Source: Diadema antillarum (Eukaryota). From it: DNA of 64,000 bases. The stretch spans positions 1,116,001 through 1,180,000 of the forward strand of contig NW_027271528.1 of assembly GCF_040938485.1 (NCBI RefSeq), read 5' to 3'. Positions 39,102-51,354 of the stretch are shown piece after piece (position 1 is the stretch's first letter; each line of letters opens with the position of its first letter). A program made the translations under genes and the position numbers. Below the pieces are notes generated by a model. The model saw only the letters and a list, made by a program, of their open reading frames with translations, was not told the origin of the DNA and ran no database searches.

Positions 39102-42100
39102 TCAGAACTTGTTGACGCTGATGGGCAACCTGTTGGACAGGAAGAGGCCATTTTCTTTGTCTGAGAGTTGACTGCAGATTTTGAGCAGGCTGGACACGGA
39201 ATCCTGCGGCGTTCGGCTGGCGTGTGGACCTCCCATATCGGTCTGGACCCAACCTGGACACAGGGAGGTGACTAGGATGTGGTCCTTCTTCAGACCCAAG
39301 CTCAGGCTCTTTGTAAACATGTTGAGGGCAGCCTTTGGATAATGAGAGTGCCAAGAAAAAGATAATCCAGACTTAGACCTTATCATCAAACACATAATAC
39401 AAAACTCTGAATATACATGTAGGTATAATGAGCTAAGCCTCAATCAAAAATGCAACTGAAGTCATAAATAAGAGGAGTGTTGCCACATTTCTTTCATACA
39501 ATCTTTATGGCCCAATTTCTCAATTGCACAGTTCACTCCAGTTATAACAAACATATAACAAAGTTTCTCTACACAAGGGTGAAAATTTAGGTCTTAAAAT
39601 TGTCTTCATAATTTTACATAATTCATCGTTCAGCAATACAAAATTTTGATATTTTGGTTTTTGAAAAAAAAAAGACTTGATTTGTCTGCGTAAATATGTG
39701 TTCCAGATCGCCTACAGCAACAGGCATCTAGCACACTGACATAGTTTATGCGCATGTGCAAGGTACACCAATTTTGCACTAAATAGTCCATGGATTAAAT
39801 TCAAATCGTGGATGAGATTTAGAGTACTTTCATTAAATAATTGCTTTAACGTTGGTCAAAAATGCAAGTATCATAACTGGTCATGACTGGACATTGTGCA
39901 AACAATATCTGTATGTATAATGCATTAATCTTCAAAAAAAAAAAAAATACTTAGCTGATCTATATGCCTTGATGGACAAACAGCCTAAAAACACAATGCC
40001 TGTCACTCCAGCAAAAATGTATAGGCCAGCTGAGACTACATCTGTTTGAATACCTCTGTGGGAGTTTGATGTGTGCGTGTGTGTGTGTGGGGGGGGGGGG
40101 GGGGGGGAGTATGTTGTATTGCAAACATTGGATTCTTCCAAAGCTAATTTGAGTAGCCCTTTTCACAAAAGCATATATGTACAGTAAAAAGCTGACACAA
40201 GTTTGTAATTGTATGTAGCATATTGTATGTTCTTCTGCTTCACAAATGTACCTCGTGATAGTTTTACTAGCTTGTGCAATATAAATGTGCTGTATCATTA
40301 TTATTACTATGCAATATACATAATACATACATTTATAATATACATGTGTTGTGACAGTGTATTCTACACGTATGTACAAATGTTTAGATCATGTCACTGC
40401 CATCATAGTACAAATTGCTTTCTGCCATGTGGCAGATTTTCTGGAAAGTTAACTTCTAACAAGAACCACACATGCACCAGTAATTAGAGATATTATAGCC
40501 CAGTGACATACATATGTTAATGTACCTTCAGAAAAAACAAAACAAACAAAACAGATGGCTGTCCATTGACACATGTCAATATCTATCCTTTTTTTTTCTT
40601 TTGTAGAACAGTCAACTCCCATTTCAACGCAATCCTCAGGATCAGCAGTTTTCTTTCTTTATATTAAAATTTCAATGTATCAAGACAAATTAAGAATTTA
40701 AAAAAAAAATCTAATTGATTTAGTATTGACAATTTTGCATTATAAATTTTTCTTTCTTGTATCCAAAATTTTGTTACAGGTATAACTAGATTAGTTATAA
40801 CAGAAATGCATTGTACATGTATTTCAACGAGATTGACTCACTTTACTCTCCCTGTAACCAGCATTGCCACCAGTACTCTCTGCAATAGAACCATAGCCTG
40901 AAGAGATGTTGATGACTGCTGCTCGCTCAAAACTGAACTGCTTAACAGTGCTTCTCTTAGAAGCCTGCCGCAACAATGGCAAAAAAGCCTATAAAAGAAA
41001 CCGAAATAATTAAAGCATAGTTAACAAATCTGTAATCACACAGAGCACAAAAGGTCACTGCATTATATAACAATGGGCACACAGGAAATTCAGGTGCTGA
41101 TTTATTTGTAGAGTACATTCCACTTTACTTATAAAATTGTCTGTAAATAATTGCTGAGAAACACATAATGATCTTCTATTGTCAAGAAACTACTAAAGAT
41201 TTTTTTTCTCGCCTTATTCATATTTCTGACTTTGTTAATGAATTATATTTCACGAAGAGTTGCATCCTTTATTCTTAATAACATGGTCAGTAATTATTCA
41301 ACAAAAAAACATGGTAAACAAAATATTGTTTGTAATTTGAGGAGAAAGATATAAAGGAGCAATTGTACAGCTGTATACTTATTTTCATGTATACAGCGAA
41401 ACACTAACACCAAAACACATTCCAATATACTCATATCTATGGTATGTACATTGTACACTATTTACCTGCACATTACTCAGCAAAATTTTGTGACCCTTCA
41501 TATTTTTTAACAAGGCCTCATAGTAAATATTTCAACTGTATAAATACAGGTGTATGCTATGCATGATCAATGACTCAGAACAAAGAGTACCCAATCTCTG
41601 TCAAATCAAATTTTTGTAACTTATTACATGAACAAGTTTCATCAGTTTGAAACAGTAGGTGTCATGGCTGAACCTTTTTCTTTTTTTTTTAAATCAGATT
41701 GATGGTATGAGGTCTAGTAAGGAAGATATGGACCCATTCAGGCCACTTTTTGATGGCCTGAAATACATGTACAACTGTAGAAGTACATTGGCCCAAATCA
41801 AAAAGGAAACATATTATAACAATTTATATTTGTAAACCTAGATGCCCGATTGGGCCACCAAAAGATAGCCTGTATGAAAATTTGGTGGCCCAACAAAAAT
41901 TTTTAGTGGCCCCAGTCCACAGCCAATGTTGAGCCCTGTACTCTTGTACATACATTAACCCAAACAAACATAAATCAGGGCTCGACACTAACTTTTTTGT
42001 TTGGTGGCCCGATGGGGCCACCAAAATCCTCAATTTCAAATTTTTGGTGGCCCGAGAGAAAAATTTGGTGGCCCCGAAAAAAACAATAAAAAAACATTAA

Positions 42101-45100
42101 AGTCCTGTTTTTTTAATGAGTCAGATATCTAAGTTTTATCCAGTCATAGTAAGAATTGGAAGTTGGACATATCTACTCATAAATAAACCTCAACAAACTC
42201 GCAACACTCACTCTCAGGCACTCATTCAGTCCTTTTCATGCATCCTTTAAACAATATAACTGCTAATTTCTGGCGCAAAAAGTTACGATTTAATTGACGT
42301 ACGTACTTTTCAAAAAATTTTGGTGGCCCAAGGCGGGCCACCAAATTTGCCTTTTTTTTGAAATTTGGTGGCCCGACTTTCATTTTTGGTGGCCCCGGGC
42401 CACCGGGCCACCGTTAGTGTCGAGCCCTGATAAATGTACGCATATTACAAACCTGAGTGATCCTCATGGGACTAATGACATTAATGTCCATGATAGCGGT
42501 CAGGAGTTCTCGGCTGACATCCTCGTAGCTCTTGGTTGAATAAATGCCCGCATTGTTGATCAGAACGCTCAGACCCTTCTCACCTACGAGTCTTGAAACT
42601 GTCTCCACAGCCGGCTGATAGGTGGCTTCATTCTGGACATCTGCATCCATTAAAAAAAATAAGTTCATTTACATTGCAAAGAAAAAGTGTACTTTACCCC
42701 TTAAAAATATCTTGGCACAATATTAAGGTTCTTTTCACACACCAATAATTGTGTGTGGCTTGGAAAATTACAAACATTTTGAACGTGTCTAATGAAGATT
42801 GAAAAATCCTTCAAGTTTAGGCATGTTCTTCACAAGAAATTTTCAAAACCTTCATAATCACACAAGTTCATAATCTCAAAAGAAAAGACCAAGTGAATTA
42901 TCCATATCATTAACATCATTATCACCATAAATTGCATGATTTCTAACAAAACTGGTAAACTTTTCGTATGTTCTGAATTTAATCTAGCACTACATAATTG
43001 ATGACTTGCAAAGTGAAAAGATCAAGAGAGTATGTACGTACCTAATTCAACGATGTGAACGTTGTCATTGCTTGCCGCTAAAGCTTTGAGTTCCTGTGTA
43101 GTAAGATGAAAGCAATAGGCCTACACATTGCTTTTTCTCTTCCTTATAATCTTACAAGATACTCTTTACGACTCAATATTTCTTTTTTTTTTCATATACA
43201 ACCCTCAGTTGGCCATATACATGGTAAAACGTCAAGACTCTAATTTCCCTAATGTACAGGAAAACACTGGTACAAAACAAATATTTCATGTATGGTTCAG
43301 AATAGAAAATCATGTACATATACTCATGTGCATTTATTCTCAATATTTTTTCCTGTTTTTCAGCCAAACAGTTCAGTGTATTTTGGAGCACAGTTTCTGA
43401 TTTTACATTTCACATCAAAATCCTATGGTATAAGGATTTTACCACCAGACAACAAAATCCATATCATGGTTAAATCTTCATCATTACTGCTGATCTTGCA
43501 ATGCCAGAGCAAATGAGAAAGCCACTGGACCAGAAAGGAAAGCTACAAAGTCTACTACCCTTTGCACACTGAAGTGTCTATACAGCATGCAACGAGCCAA
43601 GGCGAGCTGCGCCATGGCCGTACTATGTTCAAACTTAAAACATGCTTGTATGGTCTACTCTGGCATTCTTCTGAGACAAGAAGAGGACCAAAAATTCTTT
43701 AGTGAATCTATGCCAGTGATGTCACCAATGACCTTTGCTATTGCTGAGTAGTATCTCAGTGACACTTCAAATGCTTGCAGCTGAGTCATCGCTTTTAATT
43801 AAAAAATTAAAAAAATATCTTAAAAAAGCTAGGAAGCACTGTCATAATGTAGGCGTAGACATGACATACAGATCAATCCATCTATCATTTCAATGGTAAA
43901 CACTTCTCTCTTGCAGAGTGAATCAGCACATAAACCACATTTCACACAGGATGCCATCACAAACCCAATCATTCATCCATTTTGCACAAAACCTTGCATG
44001 CTGATCAACGATCACTCTTTTTAAATGCATCCTGATGTGGAATTCATGATGTCCATGAAACCAACCAAGGAGGTAGGCCTACTAGGCTAGCCTAGTACCT
44101 CCTTGATGAAACCATGAACATGATGAAGGGATGCAGACCTCAGCTGCATATCTCAACCATTTTACACAAGACATGAGGTGCACATTGCCCAGCTAGCTCG
44201 TTATAGACGGAGATGAATACTATCTTCCTATGTGCTTGCTAATCTGCCTTACTAAGTTGCAAAACCGGCCTTTCAACCAATGCAACTCAAAAGGCTCATC
44301 AACACACTGCGCCGTACCTGTACACTAGTACAAGCAAGGGTTGAGGAGCTCCTTTGCCCTTGCTACCAGTGCAGTGATGCTGTAAGTGTGATACTAACTG
44401 GAGAATGGTCTGTATGTTGAGGATGAGAAGAATTACGGAGGAAGAGGAGAATCGAGGATGAGATTATGAAGCAAATTTAGAAATAGTTACTACAGTAATT
44501 GACTGAAAGATCAGTCTGTATCTGGTCGTCCGGATATGTTCCGCGGAGACTGCATCTGGCTTCATGGATCCCCTCTGGAGGAGAGCGATAACGTCAAAAA
44601 AAAGAAAAAAAGACTCCTCCGCAAAGACGGATTTTTCCGTCTACTACAGTAACAGAGTAACACTAACAGCGTAGTGAGTACTACAATGTATTTGTCTATG
44701 GTAGCAGGCCCAGGGCTGCAGACCATTTTTCAGCAAGGGGGTGGAGGCAGAGTTCCGAAAGGTAAGGTCAACCGTCAATGGTATTCCCTCCCCCTCCCCT
44801 TGCATCTCCCAATGTACAGTAAACTTTCCGTTCATGGGACCAAAACAAGCCCAGGCAGACGCTAGTTCAGTAGTTGTACTGTACTTGTATCATCAGTGCA
44901 GTAGCTAGAACACCCAGAGTACAGACGGAATGTCAATTTGCATGATTTTGATTCAGGTTAAGGCTTAAGCCTTAAGCCCCCTAAATCTTAAAGTTTAAAC
45001 TCCACTCTCACAGCACAGTACACATCACGACATCTTGCGATTACAGCATTCTTTCTTTGCAGGAAAGAGGGAGATCATTACCCCTGCCCAAGAAGTAACA

Positions 45101-45285
45101 GTGCCAGTGAGGTATACATCTCATACATGCTAAATAAAAAAGCTGAGCTACAAACCTACCTTCGCCTCCCGTGGATTTCTGCACGATGCAAATACGTGGG
45201 ATGGCTGCGGCTTTCGCCGGGCGAGCTGGCGTACAAACTCCAGACCGATTCCCCTGTTCGCACCGGTAACAAACACCGAGTTCAT
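39102..45285 (-). CDS. Short-chain dehydrogenase/reductase, C-factor/CsgA/sniffer-like, paralog C (247 aa)
   Basis: Exons 45160-45285, 43042-43093, 42453-42640, 40842-40988, 39102-39332; motifs TGANRGIG, NNAG, ISS, YRESK and CPGWVQTDMGG. Confidence 0.93.
41976..42429. mobile_element. MITE, same family as 1828-2137, in SDR-C intron 3
   Basis: TIR CAGGGCTCGACACTAAC / GTTAGTGTCGAGCCCTG, flanked by ATAAAT; partial family copies at ~41830-41938 and ~29820-29933. Confidence 0.8.
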
Positions 45286-45914
45286 GATGAATTTGACTGA
45301 CTATAGTCTAAGAATCGGATTTTCAGGAGGCCTTGCGTGACCACTAACTCTCAGTAAGTGATCTAAACTTCAGCTCTTCACACGATGTTGCCTTTTTCCA
45401 GTGGTCGGCAGTGGTTGAATTTACAGTGTTTCGCCTATTTTCAATCGCAAGGGCAATCATACCGGCGTCCGACGTACAGCGACCGCCTCAGCCGAGTCGC
45501 TCTGGCCGCGGGTAACGGTAGCGCTGCATGCACGTAAAACAGGGAGAGCGCCGGAGGCTGCATGCATGGTACGGGTAGGGGCACAGAACTCTCTACACAC
45601 TCTGTGTGTGTAGAGTTAATGGTATGGGGGCGGGTCCACAGCCAACAGCTGGCGTCCTAGCTACCAAGCCTGGACAACAAGGCCTCGAGCGTTACTTGTC
45701 TGCCGAGCAGTGTCTGAAAATAGACTAAGCAATGTTTTTTTTCCCCTTTTTTTGTATGTTTGTTTGTTCATATTCCATCTGAGAAGATGCCTAGATAACC
45801 CATATTCAGCTATGCTAAGCTGGTCTCCCATGGGGTCCAGGTGGCTGTGGCGTAAATACTCACTCCTGAGCTCCTGTAAGTAAGGCCTGCACGCCACTGA
45901 AACCAAAAAAGCAA

Positions 45915-45928
45915 ACAACAACAAAAGC

Positions 45929-45997
<69 letters not shown>
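45915..45997. repeat. (CAA)n microsatellite, tail of a short retroposon-like repeat (~45775-45900; related copy ~57745-57810)
   Basis: CAA run; shared ATCTGAGAAGATG...CCCATATTCAGC...GCTGGTCT.CCATGGGGT.CAG at both loci. Confidence 0.75.
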
Positions 45998-45998
<1 letters not shown>

Positions 45999-46142
45999 GT
46001 GATCGCTAGACCGAGCCACGTAAAACAGAGGTCCTAAATGGTGCGTGGTCCCACCTTTTAGGGTATTAGAACCTCTGCTATTCCATAACGATTTTCATAG
46101 CTCGTATGCTCTTTCATATTTCATTTTATAAGAGGTTTCTCA

Positions 46143-46478
46143 TTATCTCACAATGTTATCAAAATATTTATCAGAGAGGAGATCATCAAGCATCCCAATA
46201 AACTCAGTAGGGTTAGAATGCGGGGGTCTATAAATTTCCCCCAGCATGATGTTACCTTTGTTTGGAGTTATAACCTGCACAAAAATACACTCTATACATT
46301 TTGAAGTAATGCTGTATTCATGTAACAATTGACAATTCAGAGTTTGTGAAACATAAAAGCCTACTCCGCCACCTCTTTTCCCGGTTCTGTTATTGGTAAG
46401 CAATTTAAAACAATTGATGGAGCATTGAGAAGAAGGCAGTTTACGATATAGCAATTGAAAGAACAATCTCTCTGACAA
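46143..46478 (-). pseudogene. Fragment of a non-LTR retrotransposon APE endonuclease
   Basis: Motifs RTGKRGGGVGFYV, IECIFV and IYRPP typical of L2/CR1-group ORF2 endonucleases; no RT downstream. Confidence 0.75.
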
Positions 46479-46523
46479 AGAGGGTCAGCCCATTATCAGT
46501 GATGGACTTTTTATGACCTTATT

Positions 46524-46685
46524 CAGTGGCGGATCCACAGGGGGGCGCAACCGGCGCATGCCCCCTTTATTTTTCGTTAAAAGCAAAATAAATAAAAAGA
46601 AAAAATGAAATGAAACCCGGAAGTAACACCAGAAATAGTGTTACACCCCAACCCCCCTTTACAGAAATCCTGGGTCCGCTCTTGT
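46524..46685. repeat. CAGTGGCGGATCC-type short interspersed element; related copies ~48340-48510, ~48780-48955, ~56470-56650
   Basis: Shared (G)GCGGATCC ... GGATCCGC(C)ACTG ends with internal poly-G/poly-C. Confidence 0.55.
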
Positions 46686-47270
46686 TGTCTATGAAATCTT
46701 TCCTATATGATAAATATATAAACAGGTATAAGAATCCATCTGGAAAAATTAGGTGTATAAAGTGCAGTGATCTGTCGGCTCAACTTAAACCTTTCACCAC
46801 TAGTCGTCATTCACGCAAACATGATTATTCATCAGTAGTCATATGGGATAGACTTTCTTCCTATATGAAAATCACATGAAGATCTGGTACTGGAAAAAAT
46901 AATGGCGTATGGGATTTTCGGAAAGATGGTAATTTTGAAAATGTCAGGCCTCGTGTATGACTTGTATAATGTCTAAACAACTAGGGAGCCTTTCTTTTTC
47001 TTTAATTTTGCGATGGACAATGTCGAACACTCTTTCACACTCTCTTCACCCGTGATTATACTAAAGAGTATATAATATTGAGTGATTGTTGATGAATATA
47101 AGTCATTCAGAATATTTGCACTCTCGAATTGTAGGGCTATATGCAGCGACAAAAGCCAGCCAGCCACACACACACACACACCCACACACACACCCACGTT
47201 TTTTGCCCGTCTGAGCTGTGCAGGGAGGAGGTCTGTGAAAATGTGATATGTGCCGTGTGAGTTCTTTTTT

Positions 47271-47327
47271 CTTCTTCTTCTTCTTCTTCTTCTTCTTCTT
47301 CTTCTTCTTCTTCTTCTTCTTCTTCTT
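47271..47327. repeat. (CTT)n microsatellite
   Basis: Directly visible. Confidence 0.95.
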
Positions 47328-49117
47328 CCTTTCTCTCTCTTGATCCTTTTCTCAGTTCACCGAGTCCTTGCGCCTATATCAAAAACAAGATGGGAGATTC
47401 AAACTTGTGTGTATATACCATGTCAGGCCTTCGCACCTTCGCATCTATTGCAGCTAAAGCTCGTCTACAGTAAATTCCACAATATTGACTTTCATCTCGG
47501 ATCAGAGCTATACCTGTCACAGGTCATGACTGCTCTCCTCGCAGTGAACTCAAGTTTCAGACTCTATCCAAACTACGAACTAGCCAATGCCTGATTTCCT
47601 CGAACAGCTATGCCCCAGTTTCATACTTCCCCTCGGAATTCCTCCACGAAAGCTAACCACAGCTAACAAAAGTTTCTTCAAACAAAGTTAGTTCCCATCT
47701 ACTTTTTATGTGGTCAATCCCCACTCATGTAGTATACGAAGTTGTTATCATTCCACTCAACAAAACAATGCAGTCCACACTCACAGCCTGTGCACATAAA
47801 AACGTTTATTTCCCAAAGATACAAAAGAGCTGTATTATATTCATCTAAANNNNNNNNNNNNNNNNNNNNNNNNNNNNNNNNNNNNNNNNNNNNNNNNNNN
47901 NNNNNNNNNNNNNNNNNNNNNNNNNNNNNNNNNNNNNNNNNNNNNNNNNNNNNNNNNNNNNNNNNNNNNNNNNNNNNNNNNNNNNNNNNNNNNNNNNNNN
48001 NNNNNNNNNNNNNNNNNNNNNNNNGTATACCCTTGTGTGTATGTCTGCTTCAGAAACGGATCTTAATCTAACATCACATCGCATCCTGGTCGCTGATGAA
48101 GAATGCGGTGACGAGAACCTGTTTGGTGTCTTGTTTCTTTATCATGCGCTTTCCTCGCTAGGATAAAGCGTTTTTAGTCTAATGCCATTTTAGGTTTTTA
48201 TCACATAAGGCCTACAGGAGCTGTTCAATAATTGATTCCTCTGGGAACACAACTTTATTGCCTACCCGCCACACTCGGCGCCAGAATCCAGTGGATCGAT
48301 CAGTATAGACCATGAGTCAACTTGGCAACAATTATGATACTAACGGATCCACTTCGGGGGACGGCGCACCGGGCGCCCTCCTCCTCCCCCCCCCCCCCTT
48401 ATTTTTTTTTTTTGGTCAAAACAAGACATAAAAAGAAAAACATTGAGGGGTAAGTGCGCCCCTTTAATCTTATAAAGGTGCCCCCTACGTAATACCTGGA
48501 TCCGCCCTTGAATTTAGACACTAAAGCTATCAAAGGTATACCAGACCTAATTGGCCTATTATTTTGATTTTCTGCAAGAAGTTTAGATAGGCCTACTCCA
48601 GTCCGATTGGCAACCTTAGTTCTGCTGCTATCTCTCACAAAATTGTGACTGAGTAGTACATAAACCCCGAGTCCAGAATAATTATTATGGTAAAAAGCAA
48701 GCAAGCAAAACAATCAAAACGTTATGCTGCCCTTGTATTGTTGAACGCCAAATCCCGTAGTGGTACGTATTATCATGCAACAGAGGCGGGAATACAGGAA
48801 TTCCGCAAAGGGGGGGGGGGGGCGCAAACAATATTTCTGGTGCTACTGGTGCTACGTCTGGGTTTCATCTCATATTTTCTTTTTCTTTCTTTTTTAACAA
48901 CAATTAAAGAGGGACCGGCGCCCCCACCTCCCCCCCTCCCCCGATCCGCCACTGCATAAAGTACAGTACAACAATGTAGGCTAAGTCCACGTGAGACGAA
49001 ATCACCAAGTTCGTTCAAAAAAGGTTAGTGCCTCTTTGGTTAGTTCTCAAAGCGCATTGCTCCCTCCCTCTTCTTGTTCAGGAGCGCCCAAGAGATTTTT
49101 TTTCCTCCTGCTCACCA

Positions 49118-49414
49118 CCACTAGAGGGCGAACAGTACTAGAAGAGGAAACTTGTCACATGACTTGACCACCTGTGGTATTGAGAAACTCGCTCTCCGTC
49201 GGCACGAGTACATGTACTGTACACACAAGGGCTATCGGAGTGAGCCGCGGAGTGGAGTGCAGGAGCCCCATCACCAAGGATCACTGAGGTCGAGAAGATA
49301 TCCGGATTTCCGTAGCGAGAGTTGTAGAAATTTGGAAGTATTTCAACCCCACCACGTTGGTGAAGTGAAGGAACGCCGAGTCCACCTGATCTGGCGACCG
49401 TATATCTATAAAAG
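49118..49414 (+). promoter_or_regulatory. Putative promoter of the SLC15A4-like gene: CTCF-like site, CLEAR/M-box-like E-box, TATA box
   Basis: CCACTAGAGGGCG at 49118-49130; GTCACATGAC at 49154-49163; TATAAAAG at 49407-49414; CpG-enriched; candidate first-exon donor GAG|GTTTGT at 49651. The link to the gene is inferred. Confidence 0.4.
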
Positions 49415-50997
49415 AGCATTTCCACACAGCGCACTCCAAATGTTTTCTCTGTTTAGTAGTACGTACTTCAGTTCAGTAGACGAGATACGAAAAACGATAA
49501 AAACGTTTGTTTACTTCACCTGCCTGTTCGTCTCTCGTCTCATCCTCATCTCACTGAGTCACACGGTACAGTGTCACATGTTGTTGAATACAGTGGAAGC
49601 AGTTGTGGAGCGGTAGACGCACGTTTCAAAACGTCTGTAATCGGTGTGAGGTTTGTTGCGCCAGTTATTGCTTGACAAGAGCTCGTGTGTCGTGAGTCGG
49701 AGTAGACTACATGTATTAATTACCAGTAACGTTAAACGATATTATAAACTGTGACAGTGAGGATTTGTGTACAATTTTGTAAATCAAATCGCCCCTGTGC
49801 TGTGAATTCTGCAATTTTGGTGAACCTCCAGCTGTTGCCTTGTTTGCTGTTTTTTTGGTGGTGAGGCCGGGACTTTTGTAAGAAGGTAAATATATTATAA
49901 TGAGATGAGTGGAAAAAGATGAGGTTGAATGTACTCCAAAACATTACATGGCCATGCCGGCCAGCATGGCTTATCCTAACTGCGACCAGCAGCCCCAACG
50001 TACAACGTACAGTGTTGGGGCTGCGCCGTTTTGGCATCGATATTTTAATGTTGTACCAAACGGGTGCCGTTCCGGCGCTGTATTTCCTTAATTTTTCAAC
50101 AAAAACTACTGGGAATACTTACATGGGTCGACTAAACCTAAATGATTCACATCGGCGACTGTTTGATGCATTTCATTGCTTATGATGCAGAAAATGCTGT
50201 CTTATAAGGCAAATATCTTCAGCTCACCGATGCTCACTAAAACTCACAATCACTTGCACATGCGCACACAATGCATTCAGTGCAGTGCATTGACAGCTGT
50301 ATTACTCGCTACATGATGCATATTCACCGTGCGATGATGCATTATTCATATCCTTCTGCGTCCGTAACGTTGACGTCATTGTTTACGCATGCGTAGATGC
50401 GTACTGATGGATATACACGTTCAAAATAGCAGCAAAGCTCTCCACTAGGGCAGACCGCCTACTCCTAAAAAATGTGGAAAATTATGCAGTTTCCAGATAA
50501 ATTGGTGAGAAGGACCAAGGCAATGGGGTAGTGTATATTTCATTTTATATTGTCACTGTGTTTATGATGAACATTTAGCCATGGTTTATTTGTGAAGTTG
50601 CCGTATATGTGGCAATAGGGAGTTGTTCGTGATTCTCACTTGAACGAAACTGCGGGGTAGCCTCCAGGACCCCGCCGCAGAGCGGCGGGTCTCCGGGGCT
50701 AGGCTTATCCATAAGTTCAGGCCACATATTCAACTGATTATCATTTATAACTTGCAAGGGTTGTGTGTTGTATCACATCTCAAAATGCATTTCAAATGGC
50801 ATTTACAAACGTTTGAGATGTGTTTCGTGGGATGCCACATTTATCTAACCATCAAACGGGATTCAAGTATTATCACTGCTGGGTAGGCATAAAAATCTGT
50901 CTGTCCGGAGGAGTCTTGCCTACCTACCTACCTATACCTATTGAAGATTCTGAACGCAGGCTGAGCCTCTGTATTCAGAATCAGGATTAGTCCTTAA

Positions 50998-51354
50998 AGG
51001 GGAAGGCTAGTAACTAATGAGTGGGAATCAGTGGAAATGCTGGGAGATGATTGTTCCAATCCTTATGGGATTCATTCAAGAGTTCATTGTATATCTATTG
51101 TTGTGTGAAAATGATTTGCTTCAGAACGGTCTTATATTCAAGTAATGTGCAGATTAATGCTCTGTCACTGACCAGGGACGCTAACCTGGAAGCATTAAAC
51201 TGCACATTACTTGAATATGAGACCATTCTGAAGCAAATCATTTTCACACAACAATAGATATACAATGAACTCTTGAATGAATCCCATAAGGATTGGAACA
51301 ATCATCTCCCAGCATTTCCACTGATTCCCACTGATCAGTTACTAGCCTTCCCCT
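50998..51354. mobile_element. 357-bp near-perfect palindromic MITE with TTAA target duplication (Kolobok/T2-like)
   Basis: TTAA|AGGGGAAGGCTAGTAACT ... AGTTACTAGCCTTCCCCT|TTAA; arms of ~160 bp almost fully complementary. Confidence 0.9.

Noticed and set aside
15743-45285. Bacterial contamination or recent horizontal transfer of csgA-like genes
   Set aside because: All copies have four canonical spliceosomal introns at conserved positions and are embedded in host repeats.
45661-46019. Poly-Leu and poly-Cys ORFs (also 47250-47594)
   Set aside because: Translations of (CAA)n and (CTT)n microsatellites.
51051-51301. Identical-looking ORFs on both strands (also 57166-57416)
   Set aside because: Consequence of the palindromic MITE.
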